From: Geosiphon pyriformis uo1
Taxonomy: Eukaryota; Fungi; Glomeromycota
Reading direction: 5' to 3'
Length of the DNA: 64,000 nt
NCBI GenBank assembly: GCA_016748015.1
Contig: JAAOMT010000420.1
Coordinates: forward strand, 62,001-126,000
A program made the position numbers and the translations under genes. The notes below the pieces were generated by a model. It saw only the letters and a program-made list of their open reading frames with translations, was not told where the DNA came from and did not search any database. Below, piece after piece: positions 25,360-37,500 of this stretch. Each line of letters begins with the position of its first letter. The first letter of the stretch is position 1.

Positions 25360-28300
25360 ATGAATCGGACGCAAAATTCATCAGATAGCTGTGGGAGAAA
25401 CTATTACAGGCCTTCATCTTCAAACTCGAGAAGTAACTTTCGCCGGAATAACAAACCAAACTATCATTCTAAACAAAAGTTTCGCTCTCCTCAGAATAAC
25501 AAATCTGTTTACCAAACAGTTAATGGTTTGCTTGCTGGATCTCCACCTGCTGGAATGGCCACAAGTGGATTCTTTATAACTCATACAAGTTATGACGAAT
25601 ATGGCTATCCGGATAGCAACATTTTTGAAGCAGATTTAATCGCAAGGCTTGCCTTGTACCTATCCCATCAAGGCAATTTCGAATGTGAAAACATCACAAT
25701 TCTTACCACCACCCCTGCCCAGAAAGATATGATTTGGGAGAAACTCGATCCGACAATGAAGCATGAATACGTACTTTGGGAAGACAGATGGGGCCCAATT
25801 AAAGTCAAAACTATCATGGAAAATGACGGAGAACGAGCAAAAAATGTTCTCATATCTCTTGTTGCTCCTCCCCCCGAATCTCAAGATCAATGGTTAGAAG
25901 TTGTGGAGCGGGAAAATTTTCTGGATAAAATTTTATCTTTGTCAAAGGGCTCCCTTTATATTGTTGGAAATCGCAATGTTTTACAGGAAAGTATAAGTTG
26001 GAAATCATTTTTGGACTCACTATCTTCTCAAGGTAAAACCTTTAAGATGTAACTTATAATATAGCAATTTACATAAATAAGATTCCGAATATTTTTTCTC
26101 TTGCTTATTTAAGGATATTGTGGTGACAGCATAAAGATTATATGCCAGCGACATCCACAAAATGTTACTGAAATAAAACACCACTATGAATTTGATCAAT
26201 ATTCTCCTGATGGGGGATGTTCCGTGAGTTTAAATTTTTCATTATAAATTTTTGTGCAACTACTTTGAGATTTAGATATCGCCATATACCGTTTCTCCCA
26301 ATGTAAGAAGATTATATCTATCTAATATTTTGAAATTCTTATTTAGTTTCCATGTACTCATCCACTTTCCTGCAACCATTCCTGCCCTCTTAAATGTCAC
26401 CCTATTCCACATTCAGAGGCAGTTAGACAAACATTTGGCAAGTTGAATTGGCACAAATTTTATTGGGCGAATATATGGAAGTCATCGTCGGCTTCGCTTG
26501 CAAGAATTCTCAAATACCTGTAATTCACGAATTATATGGACTCATCGGGGAATTTTTTGATATCCCCAATTCAAACCCCTTAATTTCGTACATATATATT
26601 ATTCCCTGAAATGTGATAGTACGAAGTACTTCATTCATGGGAAAGCGGAAAATTTTAGCTTAATCTAGAAAAGGAATTGTTTCTTGTTGGTGAATTTCAG
26701 CTATCCGAGAATACTTGTAAGAATTCATCCAAGAAACGTTATGAACAGCGTTTCGAGAATGATCATAATGATGGCGCGGTATAAGCTAATCGTTCATCTT
26801 TATTCCAGTCTGCACAAAATCATGTGCTCGCGATCGGCCTGATGGCTGCAACCATACATGTCCGCGGAAATGCTTCGAGTGTACAGAGGCTGGGAGATGT
26901 CCTCCCTGCAAGTTCCCTGTCAATACACCCTTACTATGTGGCCATGAAATAAATTTTCCTTGTTCTGAAATACCGGAGAGTTTGGGAGAAGTTATTTGCA
27001 ACACGCCTGTTTCCTATAAACGAAAATGTGGACACATTACTGAAATTCTTTGCCATGAAAAGGAGCTTACTCGCCTTGAAAAGACGCATCTTCCACCCTG
27101 CTCGGAAGTCACAAATATTGTATTCATTAATTGCCGGCATTTTGCCGAATATACTTGCAATGACAGTCTGGAAGAATACCAGTGTTTGTTCGACTGTGAA
27201 GAACTGTACCCATGCGGGCATCCTTGCAAGAAAACATGTGGGAATAAAAATCATACACACGAGCGAGATGATTGTACCTATAATTGCAGGAAAAAGCTAA
27301 TATGTGGACACTATTGTGCCGAAGGCTGCAAAAATATTAACAATCATACTGCTAAATGCCAATTTGTATGCGAAAAAAAATGTGGGCATGGTTTAAAATG
27401 CCCTGCTTTATGCTATGAACCCTGTGTCGATTGTCCGGAACCATGTCCATGGAGATGTGAACATATTCAATGCCCCTTGCGTTGTGATGATATTTGTCAG
27501 AGAACCCCATGCAATGTTCCATGCTCAAAGTCTCTTAGTTGCGGGTGGGTTTCACCTTTATAATATCAACCCTCGACTGCTCTTAAAATTTTTACTAAGT
27601 CACTTAAAATTACTCTAATCAATAATAGCCACCTTTGCAGTGGACTCTGTGAAGAACAATGTCCGCCTTGCTTGAATTGCAATCCGTATATGAAGTGCCC
27701 AATTACATTACGACATTTTAAAGAGTTTGAGAAAGACGATCGACTTTATCAGCTTCCAGACTGTGGCTGTGGTAAGTGACTATACTAACTAATGTAAGGA
27801 AAGACTTTTTCATTTATTAAAAGACTTCTTTTTGCGTTTTAGTATTCGATGTGCAGGCCCTCGATCAATATTTTAATAATAATGCTAAAAATGGTGAGCG
27901 ACCATCACGCTTCAATTAAATTGGTTAAATATATACGATAAATTGAATCTTGACCCCTTACCACATATCTTTAGATGGTCACATGGCTATCAAACTTTGG
28001 GAATGTCCTCAATGCCAAGAATTTGTTCAAACGGCCCTTCGATATTATCCCATTATTAAGACACAATTATCATTATGGAATAAAGTAAAAGAGAAGACCT
28101 TCAAGAAAGCGCTCACAGAACTGGAATTTCAGCAAATCCGGATGGTAATGCAAGAGGAGACCCGTAGAGAGGGTTTATATAATACAGTTGGAGGACGATG
28201 GTTTATTTGTCCAAATTATCATCCTTATTATATTGGTAAATTCCTTTTTTCAAGACAGGTCATTTTCATCATTTTTCAAAATACTAACCCATTTAAGAAT

Positions 28301-28453
28301 GTAGGTGAATGTGGTGGTGCACAGGAGATTTCACAATGCCCTGAATGCAGAAGCACAATTGGGGGGGATCAGCACCAAATAGTTCCGGATAATCGATTTT
28401 TTGGGGAATTTGATGGAAGCTCTGCACCAGCATGGCCCCAGCGTGAAATATAA
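25360..28453 (+). CDS. ZNFX1-like protein: degenerate RecA2 (AAA_12) only, NF-X1 zinc-finger array, RING-like segment, C-terminal RZ finger
   Basis: CQRHP...PDGGC linker; repeated CGHxC units; QLPDCGCVF...CPQC; WFICPNYHPYYIGECGGA..ISQCPECRSTIGG. Confidence 0.88.
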
Positions 28454-28795
28454 AATTTTAACACGAAAATTCCTACAAAAAAATATTCTCAAGAGCGTTT
28501 TTATGTTTGCTTCACGAATATTATTATAAACCCACACAAACTAAACCATCTTTAAAAGGACAATATTGCATCAGGCAATTTATTGGAACTTTGTCCTTGA
28601 AAGTCTCTAAAAATCCTAGTATTAAGTTGTCGAAATCACACCGGAAACATATTTTTGTTATTAAAAGATCACAAATTAATCTACTCATCTAAAACATAGC
28701 GAATTTGCATAAAATCATTATTTTAACTGCCTGACAAATTTGGGTGAGGATTGCACCAGTATTCGACTTAATTTATATTGAAAAATTTAATCAAA

Positions 28796-29555
28796 TCAAA
28801 TCGCGATTGCAAATTTGAAGCCTAAAAGCCCAGCGGCCACCAAAGGGATGCTAAACAAGATCTTTCCAAATTGATTGAATTGATTGGGAGCATTGTTTTG
28901 GATTGGAGGGTTGGTATTCTTGGAATTTGAAGCTGAATCGGTACTGGCGTTGGACTTAGTAGAGGTAGGTGATGAAGCGGAAGTAGAAGAGGGAGTGTAG
29001 GTCTGAGTAATTACTGGAGCTCTGGCGCACGCATCGTCTCTATCTGCCTGTAAATATAATATATTACGTAAACAAATAAATTAATCTTTTATCTTATCTA
29101 GAGATCGTGATTTAGATTAAAAAGTTATAAATTTTTCTTACCGTTAGTGCCGGAACTTTATCTTGCACAGACTGGTCTTCTGGGCATTGGGCATAGCAGT
29201 CTACAACAGCTATTACCCGATAAAATAGAAAAAAAATTTAAACAGATAAAATAATCGAAGTAAAAGTATTGCTCTCTTGTAAACCAGAAGTTATTATGCT
29301 CTTTTTGCATCCCACTAAAGTGTTCAATCCTTGGAAAGAGGAGTTATTTAAAAAAGAAAAGTTTATACATTTCCGTCCGTTGCATAAGCAAGTAAAGTCC
29401 GTACGACCACAAGCATTTAATGTAGCTTGGGTGATGTTCAAGCAACTTGAAAATACAGGTGATTTGCAGATGGCATTGGCAACACGGATAAAGGCGAAGG
29501 CAGACATAAAGATAAAGAAAATAGTGAGAAATTGGTGGGTTTTTAAGTTTTTCAT
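28796..29555 (-). CDS. Small secreted Cys-rich, Ser/Thr-rich, probably GPI-anchored protein (CFEM-like spacing), 3 exons
   Basis: Signal peptide; C-x6-C...C...CLC...C-x3-C...C; S/T stalk; hydrophobic tail ILFSIPLVAAGLLGFKFAIAI*. Confidence 0.8.
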
Positions 29556-30476
29556 TTTCGTTTATAACTGATGGTTGAAGTTCAAGATAGTGGTTATGGA
29601 ATATAACAGGTAAAAGAGTTTGATATTCAAGACTAGTTTGAACGATATTATATTAAATTTTAAACCACAAATTTTTGAAGGTTAAAGAGGCAGAACGCGT
29701 ATGAAAAGGCGTATGTGAGATAATAGGGGAAAGAATGCCTTATTAAAAAAGAGAAATTTCATGTTGTGTAGTTGAAACATTACATTACAGCCGATAAGAG
29801 GATGCCAGTTAGCTGTGGATAGGATGTAATAGGAAAACAATATTTCTGATCGTATTAACAGGGGTGTTCTAAGAAATAAAGAACGTGGGACGACAATTTA
29901 ACTTATTTTCCTTTTTTTGTTGAAAGGGAAACTGTCCCACACGTTAACTCTTCGATATGCAAAGGTCAATATAAACCAACCTGGATAAACGCGTCTTTAA
30001 TAGGAAAAAAATAGCTTAAAAATGTAACTTTTCCTTGTGGGTTTATGGTGTAACTTTGAGCACGAATTTAGCATAGTTTCTTAATTAAATTTCCTTCAAT
30101 AAATAGAATTATAATTAATAAAAAAAGATGAAACACTAAAAGTGAAGACACAACAGTAACTGCGGTAAAAGGTAAACACAGCATTGTTGGCTCAGAATAT
30201 AAAAAAGAAGTTGTTGAACCGTTTAACCATAAAGAGTATATTATTGGAACATCAAACACTAAAACGCTCATCCATTATTATTATTATTTTTATTATTATT
30301 ACATTAATTTACAAAACATACAAAATAATAAATTTGATTTTTCAGATTTATGCTTAATCATTTATTGATATTAAATGTTTATTTAAAAAACACAATTAAT
30401 TATCCAGCTGATTAAACCAGGCTCCGATTCAAAATACATTTTATTTGACGGAACCGCCAAAGTTTCCCTGATAACG

Positions 30477-32271
30477 ATGCAACCATACCATCGAACTCTC
30501 CCTCTTAATTCTTCACCTCTGCAACCACACCAACATTCCAATTTAGGAACAACCTCTCAGCAGCCACGTACTTTCAGCCCCGCCTACTTACAACTGTCTT
30601 CGTCTCAACCTTCACACTCCGCCCGACCGCGACCACCTACATATTTTCATCATGGAACTGATGGGTTTCCTCATACAAATATCCCTCAACAATATTGGCA
30701 ATCCCAATATCCTATTCCTGTATCAACATCTAATCAATCCAGCCCTTTAAATTCCAATTTTCATTATAACCTCCCTTATCCTATAACTCGACCACTAACT
30801 TCATTCCAACAAGAAGCTCCTCCCGGGGTTGCTGAAAATCTTTCTTTCAATAAACGTGAGTGGAGGTTAAACTCTCAGACATTATGGTTGGGCTTTATTT
30901 ACGATTAATTATGATCTTTTCGTGAACATAGCCGAGCAAAATTCTACTGCAGAACAGCTTTGGTTCAAAGCGTGGCTAAAGTCGCGTAATATTCAGCTTG
31001 ACGAAAAATCCAAAGGCCTACCAAATATAGATGAGGCACGACGTAAAGTGCTCAAAGTTCAATCTTTAAAAAAAGAACTGAATCAGCTATTCGAAAATTT
31101 GAAAAAACTAAAGGAAGTTTCTCAAGATGAATGGCAATCAAATATTGCTCATTTTGAAAGTGAAATGGTAAATAATTTATATTTATAATAAAATCTTACT
31201 ATAAATTACTAATTAAACTTTATTCTTATCTTTGATCCTAGAAAAGTTGGAATTTGAAAATGCCATTTCGGAAATTTCCAATGAAAAGTTCAAAAACAAA
31301 TTGAAGCAGAAACTTTCCAAAATTAGACGCCACAAGGTATTTAAAAAAGAAACATTCATGATATTCCCTTTTAATAGTATTAAACTTCAAAATTTTACAA
31401 CTCCGTCTTAGAAATGGCAAAAAAAGCACATCAAAAAATTGCAAATGGTTCGCGATGAGCGTCGAAGGCGACGGGAAACATTGCATAAAACTATTGATGA
31501 ATGGAGAACTGAATGGATTGCCAAAGAGCTGGCCTTTAAAAGAGTAAAATTTTTGATTTTTTGGAGGGTTTCTCGTTTATGATCCCATTTACGATTTATT
31601 CTCGTTTTTCAAATTGCAAGGAACAAGCTAGAAAGGAAAATGCCGAAAAACGAGTCGAAGAAGCCGAGGCAAAAAAAACTCAGCATAAAGAACTATCGAC
31701 AATTTTAGAAAAAGTTAAAAAACTTCGTGACTTACGGCGACAAAGGCTAAAACGTGAAGGTTTGAAAATCTTATAAATGTATTTTTTGATTACTCCATCT
31801 TCTTGAATCATGTTCAAAATTTTCATATCTTCAACGCAAAATATAGGTCACTTCTTTCCAGAAGAGGATGATGAATTTTTTAATAAGGTCGCATCATTAA
31901 ACGATGTAATGAAAATTGAAGAAGAACGTTTGGAAAAGGAAAGAGACGCTGCAGCGAAGCTCAAGCGAAATGAAGCAATGGATGCTGGAATGAAAGAACG
32001 TGATCGCGAACGTGATCCCTTATTTGAATATTGGCACCAAGCTGAATTTCATTTAGATAATCTTGTTTCAATCAGGTCAGTTAATTTCAATCTAATGTAT
32101 GTTTGCTTATTTCCCACACTAACTATTTTTATTTTCAAAAGACGTCAGTGGGATGCTTACATAGTTCCACCAGGAACCCAGGGATCCACCCGCATTCCTC
32201 CTGGGTTTGTCATTCCTTCACCACCAGCAAATTACATATGGGCCTCATGTCTCGCACAAAGAGCTTCATAA
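30477..32271 (+). CDS. PDCD7: PDCD7 / U11-59K minor-spliceosome protein, multi-exon
   Basis: Pro-rich N-terminus, coiled coil, C-terminal YWHQAE..LDNLVSIRRQWDAYIVP...IPPGFVIPSPPANYIWA. Confidence 0.85.
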
Positions 32272-32873
32272 AAACTTTCTCGGTTTCCGATCATATGAAT
32301 GTGGGTGTCCAAACTTCCATCTTTTACGATCTTGATATATTATTGGGGAAAGCAGCAAAAATCGCTGCTTCCATAAATCAATAGCAGCTTCCAAAGTCTT
32401 ATTATTAATCCTTTTCCTGGTAATTTATCCACGTTACTAAAATAATTATTCGAAATGATAATAATAATTACATGATTCTATTGAAGTCTAATTTTAAACA
32501 GGTTTTTTTCTCATTTCAAATAATTAACTGTTCAAAAAATCAAAAACAACTTTAATGTATTTTTATACATTGAATAATATTGTTTATTATAAAAATATTG
32601 AATGAATAATTTAACTAGGAAATTATATAAATTAATATACTTAAACAATAAAAATTATTGTATTTTATTTTATTTTTGGGGGTAAAATTTATTAATTTTT
32701 GTTATTATTTTTAAATATATTGTTTTGTTGCAAAATTAATAAAAATTAAACAATAAATTTGTTGAATATAAAAAAGCCATTAAAATTGTAAAATATTTTA
32801 ACATATCAAGTAATTTTTTTTTAATGGTTTGACTCAAGCAATAGATGAAAGAACAAATTCTAACAAATATCTT

Positions 32874-33683
32874 TTATGATTTTTTGGAAGTTGGCTTCCA
32901 TTCCTCTGGTTCATAATCATCGCTTGGTATCATGGGTGGTCGGAAATCTTGCAATTGTGGGAACGATACTGAATTTACAAGAAATGAATGAAATTAATTA
33001 ATTCATTCATATCTCAAAAATAAATATTGAATGTCGTTTTCATTATTTTCGAATTTAATTCATAAAAATAGATACCTTTAGGTTCGGGCTTGTCAATTAA
33101 AGGTACTTCTTTTTGTTGCGCCAATTCAAGTTTCCGCTATTAATAAAATATATTGGATCAGAGCATATTCTCAAGTGAAAGTGATATCATCATTTAGAAA
33201 ATGATTTTTATAAACTTTTTTTTTTTAACCTTAGACCATTCTTTATCCAAATCTTTCGCCCGTTCAATGACCAGTTCACGCTGTTTATTGGCCATCTCCA
33301 ATTCCTACAAATCCTTTTTTTATTGAGTTTTTTGATCCCCAATCAACTAATAATCCCTCGCATTACCTCTAAAGTGGGCGAATCATATCTTGTATGCCTG
33401 AGCCAGCTCTGCCATTGTACTAAAGATCTTAAATTAATTACTTTTAATTGATACTTTAACTATTTTTTAAAATAATGCAATTATTCCTTATACCTGGTAT
33501 CTCTTTTCCTGTATAATCACTAACTATTTCATTATCCTTTAGAACAACAAGACGCCTGTGACGGTCGTTTACCACATTTTTTGTTTCGTAGTATTCGTTT
33601 CCGTCCAAGTCAGAACCTACATAGAGGCTTGGACGCCAAGGAAAAGATGCTCTCCTCCAAGCTATAGCAAGTTTTGATAACAT
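32874..33683 (-). CDS. NDUFAF2: Complex I assembly factor NDUFAF2 (NDUFA12 family), multi-exon
   Basis: YVGSDLDGNEYYE...RRLV...IPVQWQSWLRHTRYDSPTLEE...YEPEEWKP. Confidence 0.87.
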
Positions 33684-33872
33684 AATTTTTCAAAATTTTT
33701 CGAGATCTGAGTATTCCTTAAATAATATTAGTCATGTGCTAATATGAAGCAACTGTCGTTGGCTTAGATTGTTCTATAGATTATGGGAAGTCTATAGAGT
33801 AACGAGAAACCCGATATTAGAATTGTTGGCATTTTTAGGTTTTTTCGCTCTTTTAGTCAAATAAGAACCCTT

Positions 33873-34960
33873 TCATAATAAATCGATAGACCCTTCAAGC
33901 AAGTGTTGGGCAATTGAATTATAGGGTAGAGCGGCAATATCGCCTGCTTTTAAGGAGACGTATTCACTTCTAAATTTGAATAAAACAATATTAGGGAAAA
34001 ATAGTATGAAATCTTTAGCAAAATTTCGATAGAACAAAACGCTCACTCCTTGGGCAACCAGATATCTTTTATATCCTTTTTAGTACGGCAGAATATCATT
34101 CTATATAATTCTGGTTGGATAACTTTTAAATAGAATGTATTGATTTAATTAATTAAAAGATGCTAAGGATTTTAAATAAATTTTCATTTTTCCCAAAAAT
34201 TAAGATCCTACGTACTGCAATCTCTCTCCCGTTCCTTCATTTCGGCTGGTAATTGGTTCCAGAATGAATTGTCAAAGACCTTTTGTAAGATGCGCATATA
34301 GCTAAATCGGTCCTTTTAAAAGTTAGAATTGATAAAAACTTAATCCCAATATTTGAAAATGGATCAATCATTCTTATACCCGTTTGCATAAGTAAGTTCT
34401 AGACTAGAGAGCCGTTGTAAATACTTTTCTTGACTGAGAATGAGAGCACATTGTTCTTCAATCTATAACTCAATAAATTAGCATTCATGAGAATAAAAGC
34501 AAAAAGCTCTGTGACATAAATAATGAGGAAAGATCATCTGAACAAACTTTAGCCATCCTGGTCCTTAAATAATTTCTAAGCAAATAGCTCCCACGTTCCT
34601 TATCCATTAATATTATAAACTCATTTTCTTTTATTGCACTGAGGGGTCGTGTACGTAATTCTTGCTCTTTAGTGACCTGCTTACATTAACACTAAATATT
34701 ATCCATAAGATAAAATATTAGGCTCTGTAAAATAAGTCGAAAATCTTTACCAAGGTTTGTAACTGCTGATAAAGTCCGTCTACTGCTTCGGTTAAAAAAG
34801 GTAATAATTCCGGGGCTAAGCGCTCATTTATCAAGCCTAGTTTGATCTTTTCGTAGTTGGAAATTTCAACCTCTTCATCTTGCTGGCCAAAATTAAGGAG
34901 GCCCTCAATTTCTCTGGCGAATTGGTCATCTTCCGTTTCTTGTTGCCCTGAGTCACTCAT
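33873..34960 (-). CDS. SLD5: GINS complex subunit Sld5 (GINS4), multi-exon
   Basis: NERLAPELLPF; ERGSYLLRNYLRTRMAKIE; RLSSLELTYA; C-terminal GDIAALPYNSI..LLEGSIDLL*. Confidence 0.88.
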
Positions 34961-35639
34961 GATTGAAGGTGGCTTGGAGAATCATTGACTAGGACATAGA
35001 GAATGTAAAAGGTGTAGGTAACGCCCTGTTAATGTTAAATGTAACGCGTTTTTAACTGATTTTTATTTCTGATTTCATATGACTCATTATCAGAAAATGT
35101 TATGGTGTGCAAGACACCTTAAAAGTCATCAAATGTTGATGATCAGTCCGAAATTTGAAAACCGATTTTATTAATTAAAATAAAATTATATATGATTTAA
35201 TTCTTCTAATTGTAATTAAAGGCACAGATTCAAGACTTTGAAGTACAATTTGCTGGAATCCTGTCCATGAATAATCACAATTTTCTCTGGCATAACGTTT
35301 AGCTGCTCCCCAATATCTTTCAATAAAATTCAGTTCACAATAAAATTTAGGATAAAAAATAGATTTGTCTTTTCAATTATTTTTGTAATTACACTTTTTT
35401 GTGCTAAAAAATCTGATTCCAAAGAAATTACTTAGTGTGCACAACAAAAAGTGTTTTTCTTTTTGTTTTTGCATTCTTTGCATTCAGCCAAAAGTTTTTT
35501 ATTAGAATAATTTGATGAAAATACCATTGATTGATATTTTTATTATTTGGTTCAAAATATGTATTATGTATTTTTGGTTATTTTCTACCAGATTTAAAAC
35601 TCATTTACTGTGCTATTAAAACATTTTTTTGGTATATTG

Positions 35640-37500
35640 CATAATTTAAATTGTTATTAAAAGCAAAAATACCTATATAATCTGAATAAAGTACTTTAAA
35701 AATTGGAATTATTATTTTTTTTTAATTATTCAATTAAATGTTTAACAATCTAATATTTTTCATTATTTTTTTGGCTTTAAATAATAATATGCTTCTTTTG
35801 GAATTTTTAACCAATTTTAAATATTAACAAATTTAAGTTGTAATTTTTTATTTACTTTTATAAGAAATTTATTAATCATAATTAATATTTTATTTTATTT
35901 TTGACTTAAATTTTTTTTTGTTATTATTAAAATAAAATATATACTTATTATATATTACTAATATATGTTTTTTTTGTTAATTTTAAAAAATAAACAAAAC
36001 TTTAATTATATTTTCTTTTTTTTATTTTAATCTTAATTTTTAATATTTTTTTTAATTTAATAATATTTAATAATATTTGATCTTTTATAACCATTATAAA
36101 AAAAAATTTAATAATATTTTTAAAATTTTTAATATAATATATTAAATTAATATAAAACAATTCTAATTATAATAAATTTTTTGCGATTTTTATATCTATT
36201 AATAAATTTTGTTTAATGTTTTTTTAAATTTTATTAAAATAATAGCAAAGTTTTGTGTTTTTAATTATTTTTACAATATATAATTACATTTTTATTATTA
36301 ATTTATTAATTTATTTATTTTTTAACATAATATTAATAATTTGCCAAATATTTAATTTATTATATATATTTAATTTTATTATTAATAACCACTAATATTG
36401 TATCTTTTAAACTAATACTTAATTTAATTATAATTATTGTTATTTAAATAAATAATATAAATATTTTAAAATATTTACATTATAAATAAGTATATATATA
36501 AATAATATTAATTAAGTTATATTAATAAATATTAAAAATATATTTATTATATTTATTATTTTAAATTAATAATTATTGATTATAATTATTAAAAAATACT
36601 ATTTTTATTTTTTATTTTTTATTTATTTTATTATTAAATTAATTTGTGAAAAAAAATAACACAAATAATTCAATATTATAAATAATTTAATAAAAAACAC
36701 ATAAAATAAACTTAAAATTAACTTAAAAAAGTTAAATAACTTATTAAAAAAGTAAAAAACATTAGAATAAATCTGTTAAAAAAAGCAGAAAAAGTTAATT
36801 ATCAAGTATTAAAAACAATTTTCTGTTTTTTATACAAAAAACTTTATTAAAAATTTTTTAAATTCATAAAATTTTTAAATTAACCAATTATTAATTAACA
36901 TAAAAACATTAAAATTTATCTAAAAAACTTATTTGTAATATTTAATCATTTTTGTAAATTATAATTTACAAATAACAATATACTATAAATAATAATAATT
37001 AAAATAATAAAAATAAAATATATAAAAATACATTTAAAAAAATTTATATTGATTTTTAAAAAGTTAAAACAAATTATATATTTACAAATTTTAATTATAA
37101 TTCTAAAAAAACATATTATTTTTATAAAAAAACTATAAATAATTTTATTTAAAAATTTTATTATACCAAAAATTATAATACAAATTTTATTAAAAGTTAT
37201 ATTGTTTTTAACTATAAAACCAAAAAATAAACAATATATTTTTTAAAAAAACCAAAATATAAAAAAAATTTTAAAAAATACAAATTATTATGTATAATTT
37301 TAAATTATTGTTATTATTATTAAAATTATTATTACACTTTTTGAATTTTAAAACAATAAAAAATTAAAAAAATAATCAATTAAAAAATAAAAAAAAAAAT
37401 ATATATATATAAAAATCCAATTATAAATTTATTAAATTTAAAAATTAATTACCTAATTTAAAAACTTATTATAATAATTTTATTGTTTTAAACTTTTTTA
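35640..37500. repeat. Extremely AT-rich tract, probably an eroded TE relic
   Basis: G and C nearly absent over about 1.9 kb; no ORFs; abuts LINE-B. Confidence 0.55.

Noticed and set aside
32971-33075. U12-type intron in NDUFAF2 (donor GTATCTAT)
   Set aside because: Donor is not GTATCCTT and there is no TCCTTAAC branch site
9120-33683. Mitochondrial gene cluster (NDUFB8, MRPL19, NDUFAF2)
   Set aside because: Interspersed with unrelated genes; compatible with chance
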